From positions 35,916-99,915 of IMG/VR virus record IMGVR_UViG_3300017527_000160: 64,000 bases of DNA. The stretch is one strand, 5' to 3'. The DNA comes from a virus. Below the pieces are notes generated by a model. It saw only the letters and a program-made list of their open reading frames with translations. It was not told the origin of the DNA and did no database searches. Both the position numbers and the translations under genes were made by a program. Positions 11,401 through 22,500 of this stretch are shown here, one piece after another (positions within the stretch are counted from its first letter, which is position 1; the number at the start of each line of letters is the position of its first letter).

Positions 11401-13589
11401 AGATGCCTGTAAACTTCTACTATGCTGATACAACAGATGGTCATAAGCAAGGTGAGGTTCTTAGAACATCTGCTGATTATGCTAAAGCTATTGGTATTGT
11501 AACCAAAGCTATGAAAGCTCAAGGTATTGATGTTGAGGATATCATCATAATGGAGCAGGATGCTAACGCATATACCTCACAGTCTCGTAGAAAATCAGCG
11601 GGTGATGCGAGAACGTATGTAGATCTAGCTCAAGAATTTGGTTTCGATCCAGAAAAGGATTCATCAGAAGTACCTCTAGTAGATGTACTGGAAGCAATTA
11701 TTGCAAATGAACATGGGTACAATACTGAACATGAGATAGCATTAGCTCAACAGTTACTTAAGAAAGCGGATTCAAAAGAGACTGTAACATTCTCTAGGAA
11801 GGAGAAGACTCCAGGTGCATACACTTCTGCTGGTGCTGTAGTTGATCCACGATACAGTTCAGATGAATATCATCAAGGAAGAACCGGTCATCCTATCGAA
11901 CATGTTATTCTCCATACTGAGATTAAACGTAGAGTCTTCGAGGCTACAAAAGGTGATGCTGATTTTAAGAAGAACATGACACGACTTTGGACTGAAGCTC
12001 GTACAGCATACGCTGAGTTATCACCAGAAGCACAAGCTGCTATGGACGGTGTTACACTTGACCTATTCCAAAACCTAGATTCATTCATGGCAGCAGCTAT
12101 GAGTAATCCTACGTTCCAAGAGTTCTTAGCTACAGTTCATACGAAAGTTGAGACTACAAAAAGCGTTTGGCAAAAATTCGTTGACGCTATAATGGCTCAC
12201 TTGAAAGGAGCTACATTAGGACACAACGGTACAGTATTGAATGCTGCTTTAGATTTAATAACAGCTAAGATCGAGGGTATTGGTGTTGCTCCAACTAAGA
12301 CAGCAACAGAGGCAGAGACAACCACTGCTCCAACTAAAACTACAGCAGAGACTAAAGGTATCGTAGCTAATACAATGCCTCCTAGTCAGATGAAGAAGGA
12401 TCATCCGGATCTATGGCAAACACTTGTTGATTTATACAAGGAACAGAATATCGATCTTATAAGTCAACCTGGTTCAATAGGTGACGAGGCTTTACTTCCT
12501 GGTTTTGAATCTATGTCTGATGAAGAGATTGGTAAGTCTCCACAGTTTGCTGCATACATTAAAGGACCGTGGCCAAAAGCATCTGCTGCTATTTATTCAT
12601 ATAATAAATCATTGGTTAAGCCTACAGTTGAAGTTCCGTTAGGAAGTACTGAGGATGTGAGTAATGAGGAGATAGATGAGTTTAAGAAATCTAAATTTGT
12701 ATCCCGTGCTCGAATAGTGAAGATGGCTGAGAAGCAGGAGAAAGGTACGCCTCACACTCTTCGTGAGAAGATGTTACTTAAAAATGATATCGTTCGTGCT
12801 GGGGTTGAACACTACCTGGACACTAAAGCTAAAAAACCACCAACAATTGTTACCGGTGAAATGAAAGAGCAGTTACGTGAGTTAGGGTTCTCTGAGAATC
12901 AAATCAAAACGTTACATGCTAGACCTGAAGAAGCTTGGAGATTAATCAATGAGGGTATCACTAACGATGAACTTAACGCAACAGCTCAATCAGCTGCAGC
13001 GACACCGTCTACTTTGAATAAATCAGGCGAATTGTTTCATGCAGAAATGGGAGCTATCCTTGAAGGCATATACGATTATCAAACTCTTGAGCAGGCTGAA
13101 CAAGAATTGGTTCACATCACAGAGACTCGTAGCGATGAGATGACTAATGCTGGTTTAACAGAAGAAGATTTTGAGGGTTGGATTGGAAAAGCCTTGCAAA
13201 GAATAGCATTTAATTTTACCTTTGAGGATATCCAAGTAGGAGAAGTTCTTATAATGGGTGGCGCATATAAAGTCCAATATAGAGTGGAACAAAAAAGCGG
13301 TAGTGAACTTTATGTAGAACCTGTTGCCGGTGGTAAAGGTACCTGGATAAAAAAGAACGAGATCCATGATAAAATTGAATACAGATATAACATAGCTATG
13401 AATGATCCGAGAGTAAAGTTTGATGAATCAGAACCTGTTACAGAAGAGGAGAAAGTATTCGCTGAAGAAACTATGGAAGCTACTGTAGAAATCAATAGTG
13501 CGGAAGCTATTAAAGAGGATTTAGAACAAGCAGGCACCATGACTGCAGCTGAAAGAATGGCAAAACTCAAGAACAATAAAAAGTGTTAA
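8460..13589 (+). CDS. Large virion ejection protein with Gly/Ala-rich hydrophobic segments and a degenerate zincin-like domain
   Basis: 1709 aa; hydrophobic GVEAALGIGTVATGGAAAPALAA and FMSGFLMGGMVGPV segments; ILHTEI...NLDSFMAAAMSNPTFQ resembles an inactivated zincin. Confidence 0.7.
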   Translation: MAEENSSTPVSDLDNVDSSSFLPKGLPPLEMDPELSSYLVEQGVIEAPTEPSVKPGSGQSMRDSLFDFQTADLGIATDPFKMGKEVHADFRNPHNQNQFYERYASHSEFENLGFNPFRDNEALYNENSNMFEELGRSFGQWTGLVGLGFKDAAGFGDLTDRDNAAEMERAMAVGSSSKGGFTGFTNNLFLNSGYTVGIMGELALEEVGMLGVEAALGIGTVATGGAAAPALAANTGLMASRAARAFGKIKTALGASYSLSKQLGNLKDINKARSMWSKGLGKAGKIINPFENTVDLYRNKSKLDHLNKWQKTYKGFAEMYKDVRNFRLAWGEGALEGGMIQNQMERELLADFRAENGRGPNEEEGQEIIDTARRAGVTTSVINMPVIMLSNKLVFDGLLGRGRFKNLYADVIETGHAGKIIFKPGVKGAKAYNKMATGLQGRWDYIKSPRMWAAGAAKYGKANIAEGLQEVFQETITGASEDYYGAMYRGDANRGGYMSSIVGNLVKQVGPQGLETFMSGFLMGGMVGPVSTGVGNITQAIGGNSAGFADSRAGKIGTAIGNQFTKMSKGQEAYQKKVDEQTDQATKRNTKLEKDIETLNEFYEDPTKYFSPELENLVSQKAYKEAMDEAEKRGDKRMFHDMADSAETKHVMTALKYGRLDGHITRMEEMKQFSAEEFKTLNTELSQEDFNFKIDASIDRAKKIQSTWDYASKKFPNPFTPYKYRPGTDKFKEEAMKQVVWNNAIEEMVFQQESFNRALERQQSIYQNIHETAGLKKMSTSDINVLFDEQSVLSEIGLLKMELEGNENTVGLKQSEALTPDMKQMIAKKDAKLKALEAYDKALKEFKSSKTEEVDEPTVNALHKAYKEYMSVMAEQSGEHLNVDKLDASFEALADSHLLTARAGDLNRAVNILSDPKNFLSMVDRKNARIKVLYDNREVEIRKSLEEFRKLAEKNEMLNRLYDEGMFFDPKDLALLESEGKMPVNFYYADTTDGHKQGEVLRTSADYAKAIGIVTKAMKAQGIDVEDIIIMEQDANAYTSQSRRKSAGDARTYVDLAQEFGFDPEKDSSEVPLVDVLEAIIANEHGYNTEHEIALAQQLLKKADSKETVTFSRKEKTPGAYTSAGAVVDPRYSSDEYHQGRTGHPIEHVILHTEIKRRVFEATKGDADFKKNMTRLWTEARTAYAELSPEAQAAMDGVTLDLFQNLDSFMAAAMSNPTFQEFLATVHTKVETTKSVWQKFVDAIMAHLKGATLGHNGTVLNAALDLITAKIEGIGVAPTKTATEAETTTAPTKTTAETKGIVANTMPPSQMKKDHPDLWQTLVDLYKEQNIDLISQPGSIGDEALLPGFESMSDEEIGKSPQFAAYIKGPWPKASAAIYSYNKSLVKPTVEVPLGSTEDVSNEEIDEFKKSKFVSRARIVKMAEKQEKGTPHTLREKMLLKNDIVRAGVEHYLDTKAKKPPTIVTGEMKEQLRELGFSENQIKTLHARPEEAWRLINEGITNDELNATAQSAAATPSTLNKSGELFHAEMGAILEGIYDYQTLEQAEQELVHITETRSDEMTNAGLTEEDFEGWIGKALQRIAFNFTFEDIQVGEVLIMGGAYKVQYRVEQKSGSELYVEPVAGGKGTWIKKNEIHDKIEYRYNIAMNDPRVKFDESEPVTEEEKVFAEETMEATVEINSAEAIKEDLEQAGTMTAAERMAKLKNNKKC

Positions 13590-13593
13590 TACT

Positions 13594-16500
13594 ATGAAGT
13601 GTACAATTGTAGGAGCTAACCAACGCGATGTGCGTGTGGTTGTCGCAGGTGATATTTTCGATTTGATGAAAGCAGGTAAGCCTGTAGATGTGAAAGCATT
13701 GTCATTGAATATGTACAACGCAATGTACGACGCAGAACAAAAGAACAACACGGAAGCCTTAGCATATGCAAGGCTTGTTCCTTTTATGGTGCAACAGTTA
13801 ATGGGTGTTGATGCAACTATCTTAAAGCATGTTGTGGAATCAAAGGTGGATCTTGGTGAACTTGCCAATACACAGATTGCTGCTCAAGATGCTGAGACAG
13901 GTTTAAAGTATGTTGAAGAATGGTTAGGTGTTCGTGAGAATGGATTGAAAGAATCATTAGCTGCTGCTCAACCAAAGAAAGCAAAAAAAAAACCTGGTAG
14001 ACAAGCAAAGCTTTTTGCTGATGAGGTTGTTAAGCTTGGTGATACTGTACAAATACTTAGTGGTAAAGGTAAAGGTGAGGTAGTTACTGTTACTGAAGAC
14101 CATGGTGATAAGGTAAGATTATCCAATGGTGTACTTAGAAAAAAGACTAGAGTTAAATTGAAGGCACAAACTTCTGTGCCTGTTGCTGCTCCTGTTAAAT
14201 TAACAATTCGACAAAAAGTTATAAGAAGTTTAGAGCTTGACTTGAAGCAATCAGATGAGAGCAAGTTCCCAATGTCTGCTGCTGCAAGACGTAAAGTACA
14301 AGCTCAGTTGGATCAGTTGAAAGCTGAAGAAGCTGGTAAAGCGCCTGTCAAAAAGAAAGACGGTTGGTCAAGAGAAGATATCATGGAGGATGCTCATAAT
14401 CAACATCAAGCTGGTGTTGATGATTGGTATGCTAATAAGAAAAAACAAATAGCTGAGGAAGAGGCTGTTCTATCAACTGGAAGCGAAAACTTAGAAACTG
14501 GCGCACCGGAAGGTGATCCTGGTGTAGGACCGACACCTATTTCTGTTGAAGAAGTTATGGCACTGCCTGTAGAGGAGTTCACTAGATGGTTCATCACTCA
14601 CGGATTAATAAGTGGGAACGAGACTGGTTTAAATCAACGCCCTTATATAGGTGGAAGATCGCCTGCTGATTTACGAGCTGTTGTTAATAGAATTAAATTG
14701 GGTAAGACTCATAAGAAGGATGGGACTATATTGAAAAGCGTAGCTGACTTCTATGCGGACATGGCTGAGATCCAAAAGAATAATGATGAGTTCCCGATGA
14801 TTAAAGGTACTGGTGGTAAGAATGATGGACGAACAGGTTCACCACCACTTAGTGCAATTATACAAAGTGGATTGGATATGGCCAAAGGTGGTCCAGTTGA
14901 TGAAGTAGATGAGGATTCAAAAGAAGAGGTAACACCTAAACCACGTAATAAGAATTATTTACAAGGAGCACTTAAGAGTGTTATCGATGGTGTTGTGAAA
15001 GCTTTCAACGCTCATGCCCCATCATGGATGACTACATCTGGAAATGAGACTGGTTATAATGTGGGTGAAGTTAGTGCAAGGATACCTACCGCAGCAAGTA
15101 AAGCAGCTTATGCTGCACAACGTACGATCTTAAGATTGATGGAAGATGGAAACATCCAAGACAGTAAAGATCTCAAAGTTAACGGTAGGACAGGTGTATT
15201 CTTGACTGCTAAGTTTGCTGACGGTCGTATCAGAATGACTCTTACAGATAAGAACGGTGATGCTATTTTATTTGACGGTAACGATCAGCCTGCACTGGAT
15301 GGTAATCCTAGAGAATATGGTATGCGTGCCGTAGACAAATTCTTCGATAAGGAAGGTAATGTGAAGACAACAGGGAAACGTTTCAATGAGATGGTTGATG
15401 CTTTGATTAACGCTAAGCCTCACCTTACTAGAACAAGAGCTGTGAATATTCTTAAAGCAGAGGTTGAACATATCCAAGCTGTTAGAGAATACATCAATAA
15501 GGATCAAGAGAATAACTCTCTTGAATTTTCAATAAGCGGTGGTTCTCTTGGTTATATCCAAGTAGGATTTTCACCTAAAGAACTTACATCAGTTAGTAAA
15601 CTGAGCGATAAGGTTACAATGAAGCTGTCCACTAAAGCCGACAACATCGGTGAGGAAGGGCATGTGTATGCCACTTCGGATGAGATGGAAGGTGACTGGA
15701 TTCCTATCGAACGACCAGGTCTTAGAGATACACCTTTTGCTGATGTTGTTGAATCATTATTGTTTGATGAGAACTTAACAGATAAGGATGGTAAGCTCTT
15801 GAATGCTGTAGATAGAGCAAAGCACATAGATAAATATGTCGGTACGAACAAGGAGAGTGAGATACTATTTGATTATGATATCGGTACTAAGAAAGTTAAA
15901 CGACTTGTTATAGGTAATACTGTGATCATCGATGTTGAGAAAGGTATCAGAGATTTAGAGGTGGGTAAGATTGCTTATAAGCAGTTGTTAGCAAAGAATA
16001 ACAAGGGTACTAGTTTCCCAACACTTAAGATGCATGTGAATGCAGATGCTTTAGCTAGAAGAGATTTCATGTCTGTAAGTATAGCGGACGGTGTTGTAAC
16101 TACAGAAGGGAAAAATACCAGAGTGCATATGGCTGAGCAAGGGTTCATGATCCAGACCCCTGATGTTGCATCTGACGGTATGATCAGAAAGGTTAATGCA
16201 TACTTCACTTTTAAGTTAAGTGAGAAAGGTGACCAAGCGTTAAATGGTAAAGCTGTTGCTGAAGAAGAAGCAAAGATTGCTGAACAGAATACTGAAGAGA
16301 TTGAAGAGAACGAGGATGATGCTTGGCAGAAAGCAATGGATGCTAAGATGAAAGCGCTTCAAGATAAAAACAAACCATTGGATGAAGATGAAGATGATCG
16401 TTTATTCAGAAGCTTGGATGTAAAGAATCAGAATCGAGCAGCTACTGCTGAACAGATAAAAGAAGCTAGAGACTGGTACGAGAAACACCCTCTTAGTAAA

Positions 16501-19500
16501 CACATTCCGTTCAAGACAATGTTTGAACAAATGAATAAGGATGGTGTTGCTCAATGGACTGTTGAAGGAATCACTTTATTTAAAGGTGCTGACTACAGTG
16601 ACTTATATCATGAGGCATGGCACGGGTTCACTCAGACTATGTTGACTAAACAACAAAAGACTGATTTGTATAAAGAACTTGGCAGGAAAGTAGGGTCGTT
16701 TAAAGACTACAACGGACGAATGGTTTCTTTTGCTGCAGCTAATGAGAAACAACTTGAAGAGCATTTAGCTGAAGAGTTTAGAAGCTTTATGCTTAAAGGT
16801 AAGAAGGCTACCACAGCTGGACCTAAACAATTGTCTTTCTTTAAGAAGATCTTAGCTATACTGAAAGCTCTTTTCAATAACTCGCACATCGATCAGGTTA
16901 TCATGGACGCTAAGTTCGATAGCAAGGTTAGTGAATTGTTTGAGAAGATGAGAGTTGGTAACCTTGCGGGGTATACATTTTCTCAAGCTAATGCTAACTT
17001 TGGTAAACTGAATCAAGGGATAACAGCTATACCTGGTAATGAAATAAAAGAAGGTGTGGAAAGCTTGAACTACCAAACATCAGCTGAACTTAATAACATG
17101 ATGGATGCATACTTAGCAGAGTATGTAACAGTCATGAATCAAGGGTTGGATTCTGCGGGACAGGCTCGTGTAAAGAAATTGAATACTGAGTTACAAGATA
17201 CTGAGAATTTAAATCAAGCTGAACAAAAAGCTAAGCGAGATGAACTTGATGCATTGCTTAACAACGATGCTGCTAGTTATAAGTATTCATCATTGATTGT
17301 AAGTGACCCAGACGTACTTACTACAGGTTACTTCTATGCACAAGGAAAGTTTCAAAGACTTAAAGCTTCTTTATCTGCGAAAGTGAAGAAAGAAACAGAC
17401 CCTGTTCAGAAAGCTAGTGATCTTAAAGATCTTAAGATGATTGAATTTGCTTTAGATCAGTTTGGTAACATAGATGATATCTATAGTAATCAGAGTGCTG
17501 ATGGTACTGTAGCATATGGTTTGATAGGATACCACATGCAAAGGTCTAAGTTATTTCAAGACAGCAGACCTACACAAGAGGAAATTGCTGATGAACAGAA
17601 AGGACCTGTTGCAAAGAGAGCATTCGATAGAGCGGGTAATGAATCTTCTTTAAAGGAGATGGCTTCCGCTGAAATCTTATACCTATTGAAAACACTTCCT
17701 CAAGTTGAGAAGAATGATGAAGGTGAATGGGTACCAGTTACAAATAGATTTGATGTTAATGAATTGGCACCGTTTCAAACTACATGGAACAGAATGGTCA
17801 GAGCTACTGAGAACATCCAGGACTTCGATCAGATGTATGATAAGTTGCAAGAAGAGGCAGTTAAGTTTCCCGTCCTAGAGGAATTATTGAAACGTATGGG
17901 AGATCCTCATTCGAGTAAAGTTAACACCGAGCATACCTTATGGACACAGTTGTTTAAAACATTCTCGAAGAGTAGAGTTCCTCTTATTCAGATGACTGTA
18001 GAACAACAGGGTAGAGGAGTTAATGTTAAATGGGAAGCTAGAGTAGGTGAGGCATTCAATGCTGACTACGCTATCGGAAGACAATGGCAATCGATGTTCA
18101 CTGGTGCAGAACCAAGTGAGTTTATCAAGAATACTATAGAAGGGAACTACATGGACCTTGCTGCCATCATTAAGAAGTTTCCTCATCATAGTGCAGCATC
18201 TGCTAATCCTTTTGAATTTTTCCATGCGATAGGGATGCCATTATCGGATAATCCTGAAATAAGAAATGAACTGAAAGCTAATCTTGGTACGTATGGTCCT
18301 GGGCATTTCCATGATGAGATCATGAAATTGAAAGGTGCAGGAACGCGTGTAGAAAGATTGGATCAAATAACAGAAGAAGTTAATGGTCGTTACAAAGATC
18401 TAATGAAACTAGAGGCTCGTTATTCAGATGTATTCTCTAGCTTCATGGTGACTAATGCTGAAGGTAATACTCAATTTGAGCATACCTTGAACAACAGTAT
18501 GACTATGATGGTGAATGCTGTTAATAATTCCATTGACTATAATGACATGGTTTCTAAACCGCACTTGGCTCATCTTGATATAAATAAGAATCCGTTTGCA
18601 AAGTCATCTCTTTGGTTAAAAGCGATGTTCAATCTTGATGGAAGCCCTGACATAAATAGTATAGGTAAAGACGGTAAGTCTAACCATAACCCTAATTACG
18701 GTGAGAGGAGAGTGACTAAGTCTGGAGATTTTGTGACTTTGCGTTTGACTAATCTTAGTGGTGTGCTTGCTAAGACTATGGGTGATGAAACTGGAACAGG
18801 TGTATCTTCTGCAGGAGCAGATGAGTACAGTAAGTTAATCATGGATCTTCAGTTATCATATAGCGGTATGCCTGAGCTTATGCGTCATGCTGATAAAGGA
18901 ACTTCTTTTACAATTACCATAGATGGTCCATTAGATATAGATTCTCAACCTACCGATAACTATGTTCCTATCGGGGACTTTGCTGCAGGTGGAAGATTCA
19001 GAGAGAAGACAGTTGATAGATTATCTCCACACATTGTTGCTGAGATGAGTCGTATGCGTATACTAAGAGGCATGACTAACATGGACGGTACTCCTAAAAT
19101 GGATGTACCTTTCGATGTTGACTATATCATGAATGGTCAACAGTTTGTTGCTTTTGAAGATGTCTTGAGTGATGGTACTAAAGCTGCTTTGAAAAAGATT
19201 GCTTTCAGTGAAGAGAACATAGAGGACGCTGTTGAAGCAATGCGTGAAACCATCAATGCTGATTTGACGAAATACTTTGACAAGCAGTATGAAGAAGTAA
19301 ACAAGAAATTCGATGATGCATTCTTCCTTGCTGATAACATCCAGGAGGATATGTCACGTAAAGGAATTACAGGTAACAAAAGAGAAGCGGCTATCCGTTC
19401 TTATGTTCACAACAGTTGGATCCATAACATTGAATCCATTGCTGTAATCTACGGAGATCTTGCTCAGTATAACCATGCTAAAGAAGGTTTCCACAAAAGG

Positions 19501-22500
19501 AATGCCGGTGGTGGTTCTACTGGTGACATCTATCGTTATGATAAAACGATGGCTAAGAACATCAATGATAATTATTACAAGTCTAGCTACGCTGCTAAGC
19601 ATGCTAATAGATTAGGTATCACTGAACGACGTTACTTTGGTGGAACTATGTCTACAGCTATTATCGAAGATCAGGAGATTCGTTCTGTATATATGGACGA
19701 GTATGAAGAGGCGTTCGGTGAAGATGCTTACAAGCTTGGTAACTATGCTAAACAGAATGAAGGTGATGCCCAAGGTTTGATTACTTTTGATTCATACCGT
19801 GAATTGAAAGTTGCAGAGGGTACCTGGAGTAATGAACAGGATGCTTTGTTTAAGAAGATTGTTAACGGAGAGAAAGTTTCTAGTAGAGATGTTGCACAGT
19901 TCTTCCCGGTAATCAAAGCTCAATATTGGGGACCACTTGCAAACGATACAGCACTCCCTGTTATGGCTTTCCATAAGTATTCTTTATTCCCGATGACTCC
20001 TAGTGTGATCAAAGGAAAGAAGATGGAAAAGCTTCACGATAAGATGGTGAAGGAAGGGATTGGATATGTAACATTTGAATCAGGTTCTAAGGTCGGTACT
20101 ATTAGTAAGACTGCTAAGGTAAAGAAGAATGAGAAGACAGGTGAAATAGAGAAGGTTTCAAGAGGATACGATAAAGTATATACTGAAGGTGAAGCACTTG
20201 ACCCTAACATCATGGATCCTAAGATGGAAGATGCTGATGGGAATTATGTTGAACACTTTACTAAGAATGATATTCACTTACACTATTTGAAGAATCAGTT
20301 AGAGATTCACGATGAAAGGAAAGGTAACGTTATCTTCTCTACTCAGTTAAGAAAACTTATTGAGGATGGCTTGATGGCTAATGGTGTACCAAGTGATTTC
20401 ATGATGAAGGAAAGTTTAGGTGGATCTAAAGTTGTAGCTGAACGTAAAGCAGAATGGGCTAAGATAGAAGCTAAGTGGGATACTATGTCTCCAGAAGCTC
20501 AACAGAAAACATCTAAGAAGTATGGTCTACTGAAGGACTACGAAAAGAATATTAACAGGCTGACTCAATACGCTAAGGAGAAGCTCCTGGAAGAAATCAA
20601 TTGGCAAGAAATTGTTGATCCGAAGACTGGTGAGAAAAGCCTGAAGGGTGATATGAAGAATCTGTTAGAGCTAGTTCGTTCAGAATTAGTTAGACAAGAT
20701 CTTGGACAACACTCTATTGATTTTATCCAGACGAATACTGACGGGACTATCAAACATGATTTATCATTATCACTGAATGTAGAACAGATTGAGAAGTTAC
20801 TTAACGCCATGATGGTGAAGAAACTTATCAAGCAGAAAGTTAATGGTGAAGGTTTGATCCAGGTAGCTGCTACATTGATGGAAGACATGGCTGCTGAACA
20901 GGGTCGTGACTTTAGGAATCCTACAGAAGAGGACTTAGCGAAGTGGGGGTCGAAAGATCTTCCGCACTATAGACCTAACCAAGGACCGAACGGAGAGACG
21001 ACGGCAGCGAAAGTTAAAGTTGCACTTGCCGGTGACTTTAGGCATCTACTTAAGATGACTTCTGTTCAAGAGCTTGCTAAAGAACAACGTATAATAGATA
21101 TTGCAAAAGCTAAGGGAGGAAGTTGGACAGCGGCACATGTTGCTCTAAATGAACTTATCAAAGATGAGGAGTGGCTGAATGAAGGACGTAACCGTGAGAT
21201 GGTTTCTATGATCGGTGTGAGAATACCAGTACAGGGACTTAACTCTATGGAGTTTATGGAAGTGTACGAATTCCTACCCGAAGAAGCGGGCTCGGTGATT
21301 GTGCCTCCTACCGAAATTGTAACCAAGTCTGGAGCCGATTTCGATGTTGATAAGATGACTGTGATGATGCCTAACATTCTTAGTTTGAATGGGAGTGTTG
21401 AATTAGCTACATCCGATTTGGCTACTAAACCTAAAGAGACTTTAAAGGAAGAACGAGATGCTCTAGTACAGAAGATTAGTGATATCAGAGAAGAGCATAA
21501 AGAAGCCCGTAAAGATAAAGAAACTAGATTCACTGCTGAAGAGCGTGAGATCTTAGATGATACCAAGTCAAGGATTCGTGATGAACAGAGAAAAATCAAG
21601 AGTCTGAAGAAACAATGGCTCGATACATCACGTCAATATAAATCACCAAGAGTAATCAAACGAATGAAAGCTCTTGAAGAAAGTATTGATGCTGCTCAGT
21701 TTAAGAAAATGTCTTTAGAAGAAACAGAAGACATGTACTATAACACTTTACCTGGTGATAGATTGAAACATATACTTTCTGAACCACAAGCAGAACTTGC
21801 TATAATACGTAGACAACTTGCTTCACTTACAGATAAGCCTATCCAAAATGACATCATGAATAGTATACGTGCTGTTCTTGAGTTACCGGATAACTTTAAA
21901 CCATTGGTTATGCCTAACAGTACTGAGTTACTTACAGGTCAAGATAACGATGGTTTAGCTCAAGAGATGGAACCACACGTTGTTGATACTAATAAGTTTG
22001 ATAATGTTCACTCTACGAAAAGATATCAAGGACCGAAAGGTGATAGGATCTCAGCAACCAGAGTTTTAGAAGTTGGTTACAACCTTGAGAAGCATATGAA
22101 GAATGCAATCGGTAAACAAACACTTGCTTTGGGAGCGGTTGATAACACGTATAACACTCTCTTCAATAGGATTGGTGCTTATATGAATCCTCGGGTTCAT
22201 TCTGAAGCTCAGTATGATGCGGCAAGAAGGCAAGAAAAGAAAGATAAAAAGAAGCTAACTCAAAAGCAGAAAGATGTCTTGAAGGAATATAGTGAGCAAA
22301 GAATCATGCTTAACCATAATACAATGGATATAGAAGGTAGTGATGCTATCTCATTATCACACATCAATGATGCTGCTGGTACACCTATATCAGATGTTGT
22401 CAATCAGTTGATTAACGGTTGGGTGGATATTGCTGCTGATGCTTTTGTATTTAACTTACAAGGTAATAAGGAGATCTCACCAGTACTGTTATTTATGGTG

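Noticed and set aside
12288-12356. Short tandem repeat APTKTATEAETTT/APTKTTAET in the 1709-aa protein
   Set aside because: An ordinary low-complexity linker duplication.
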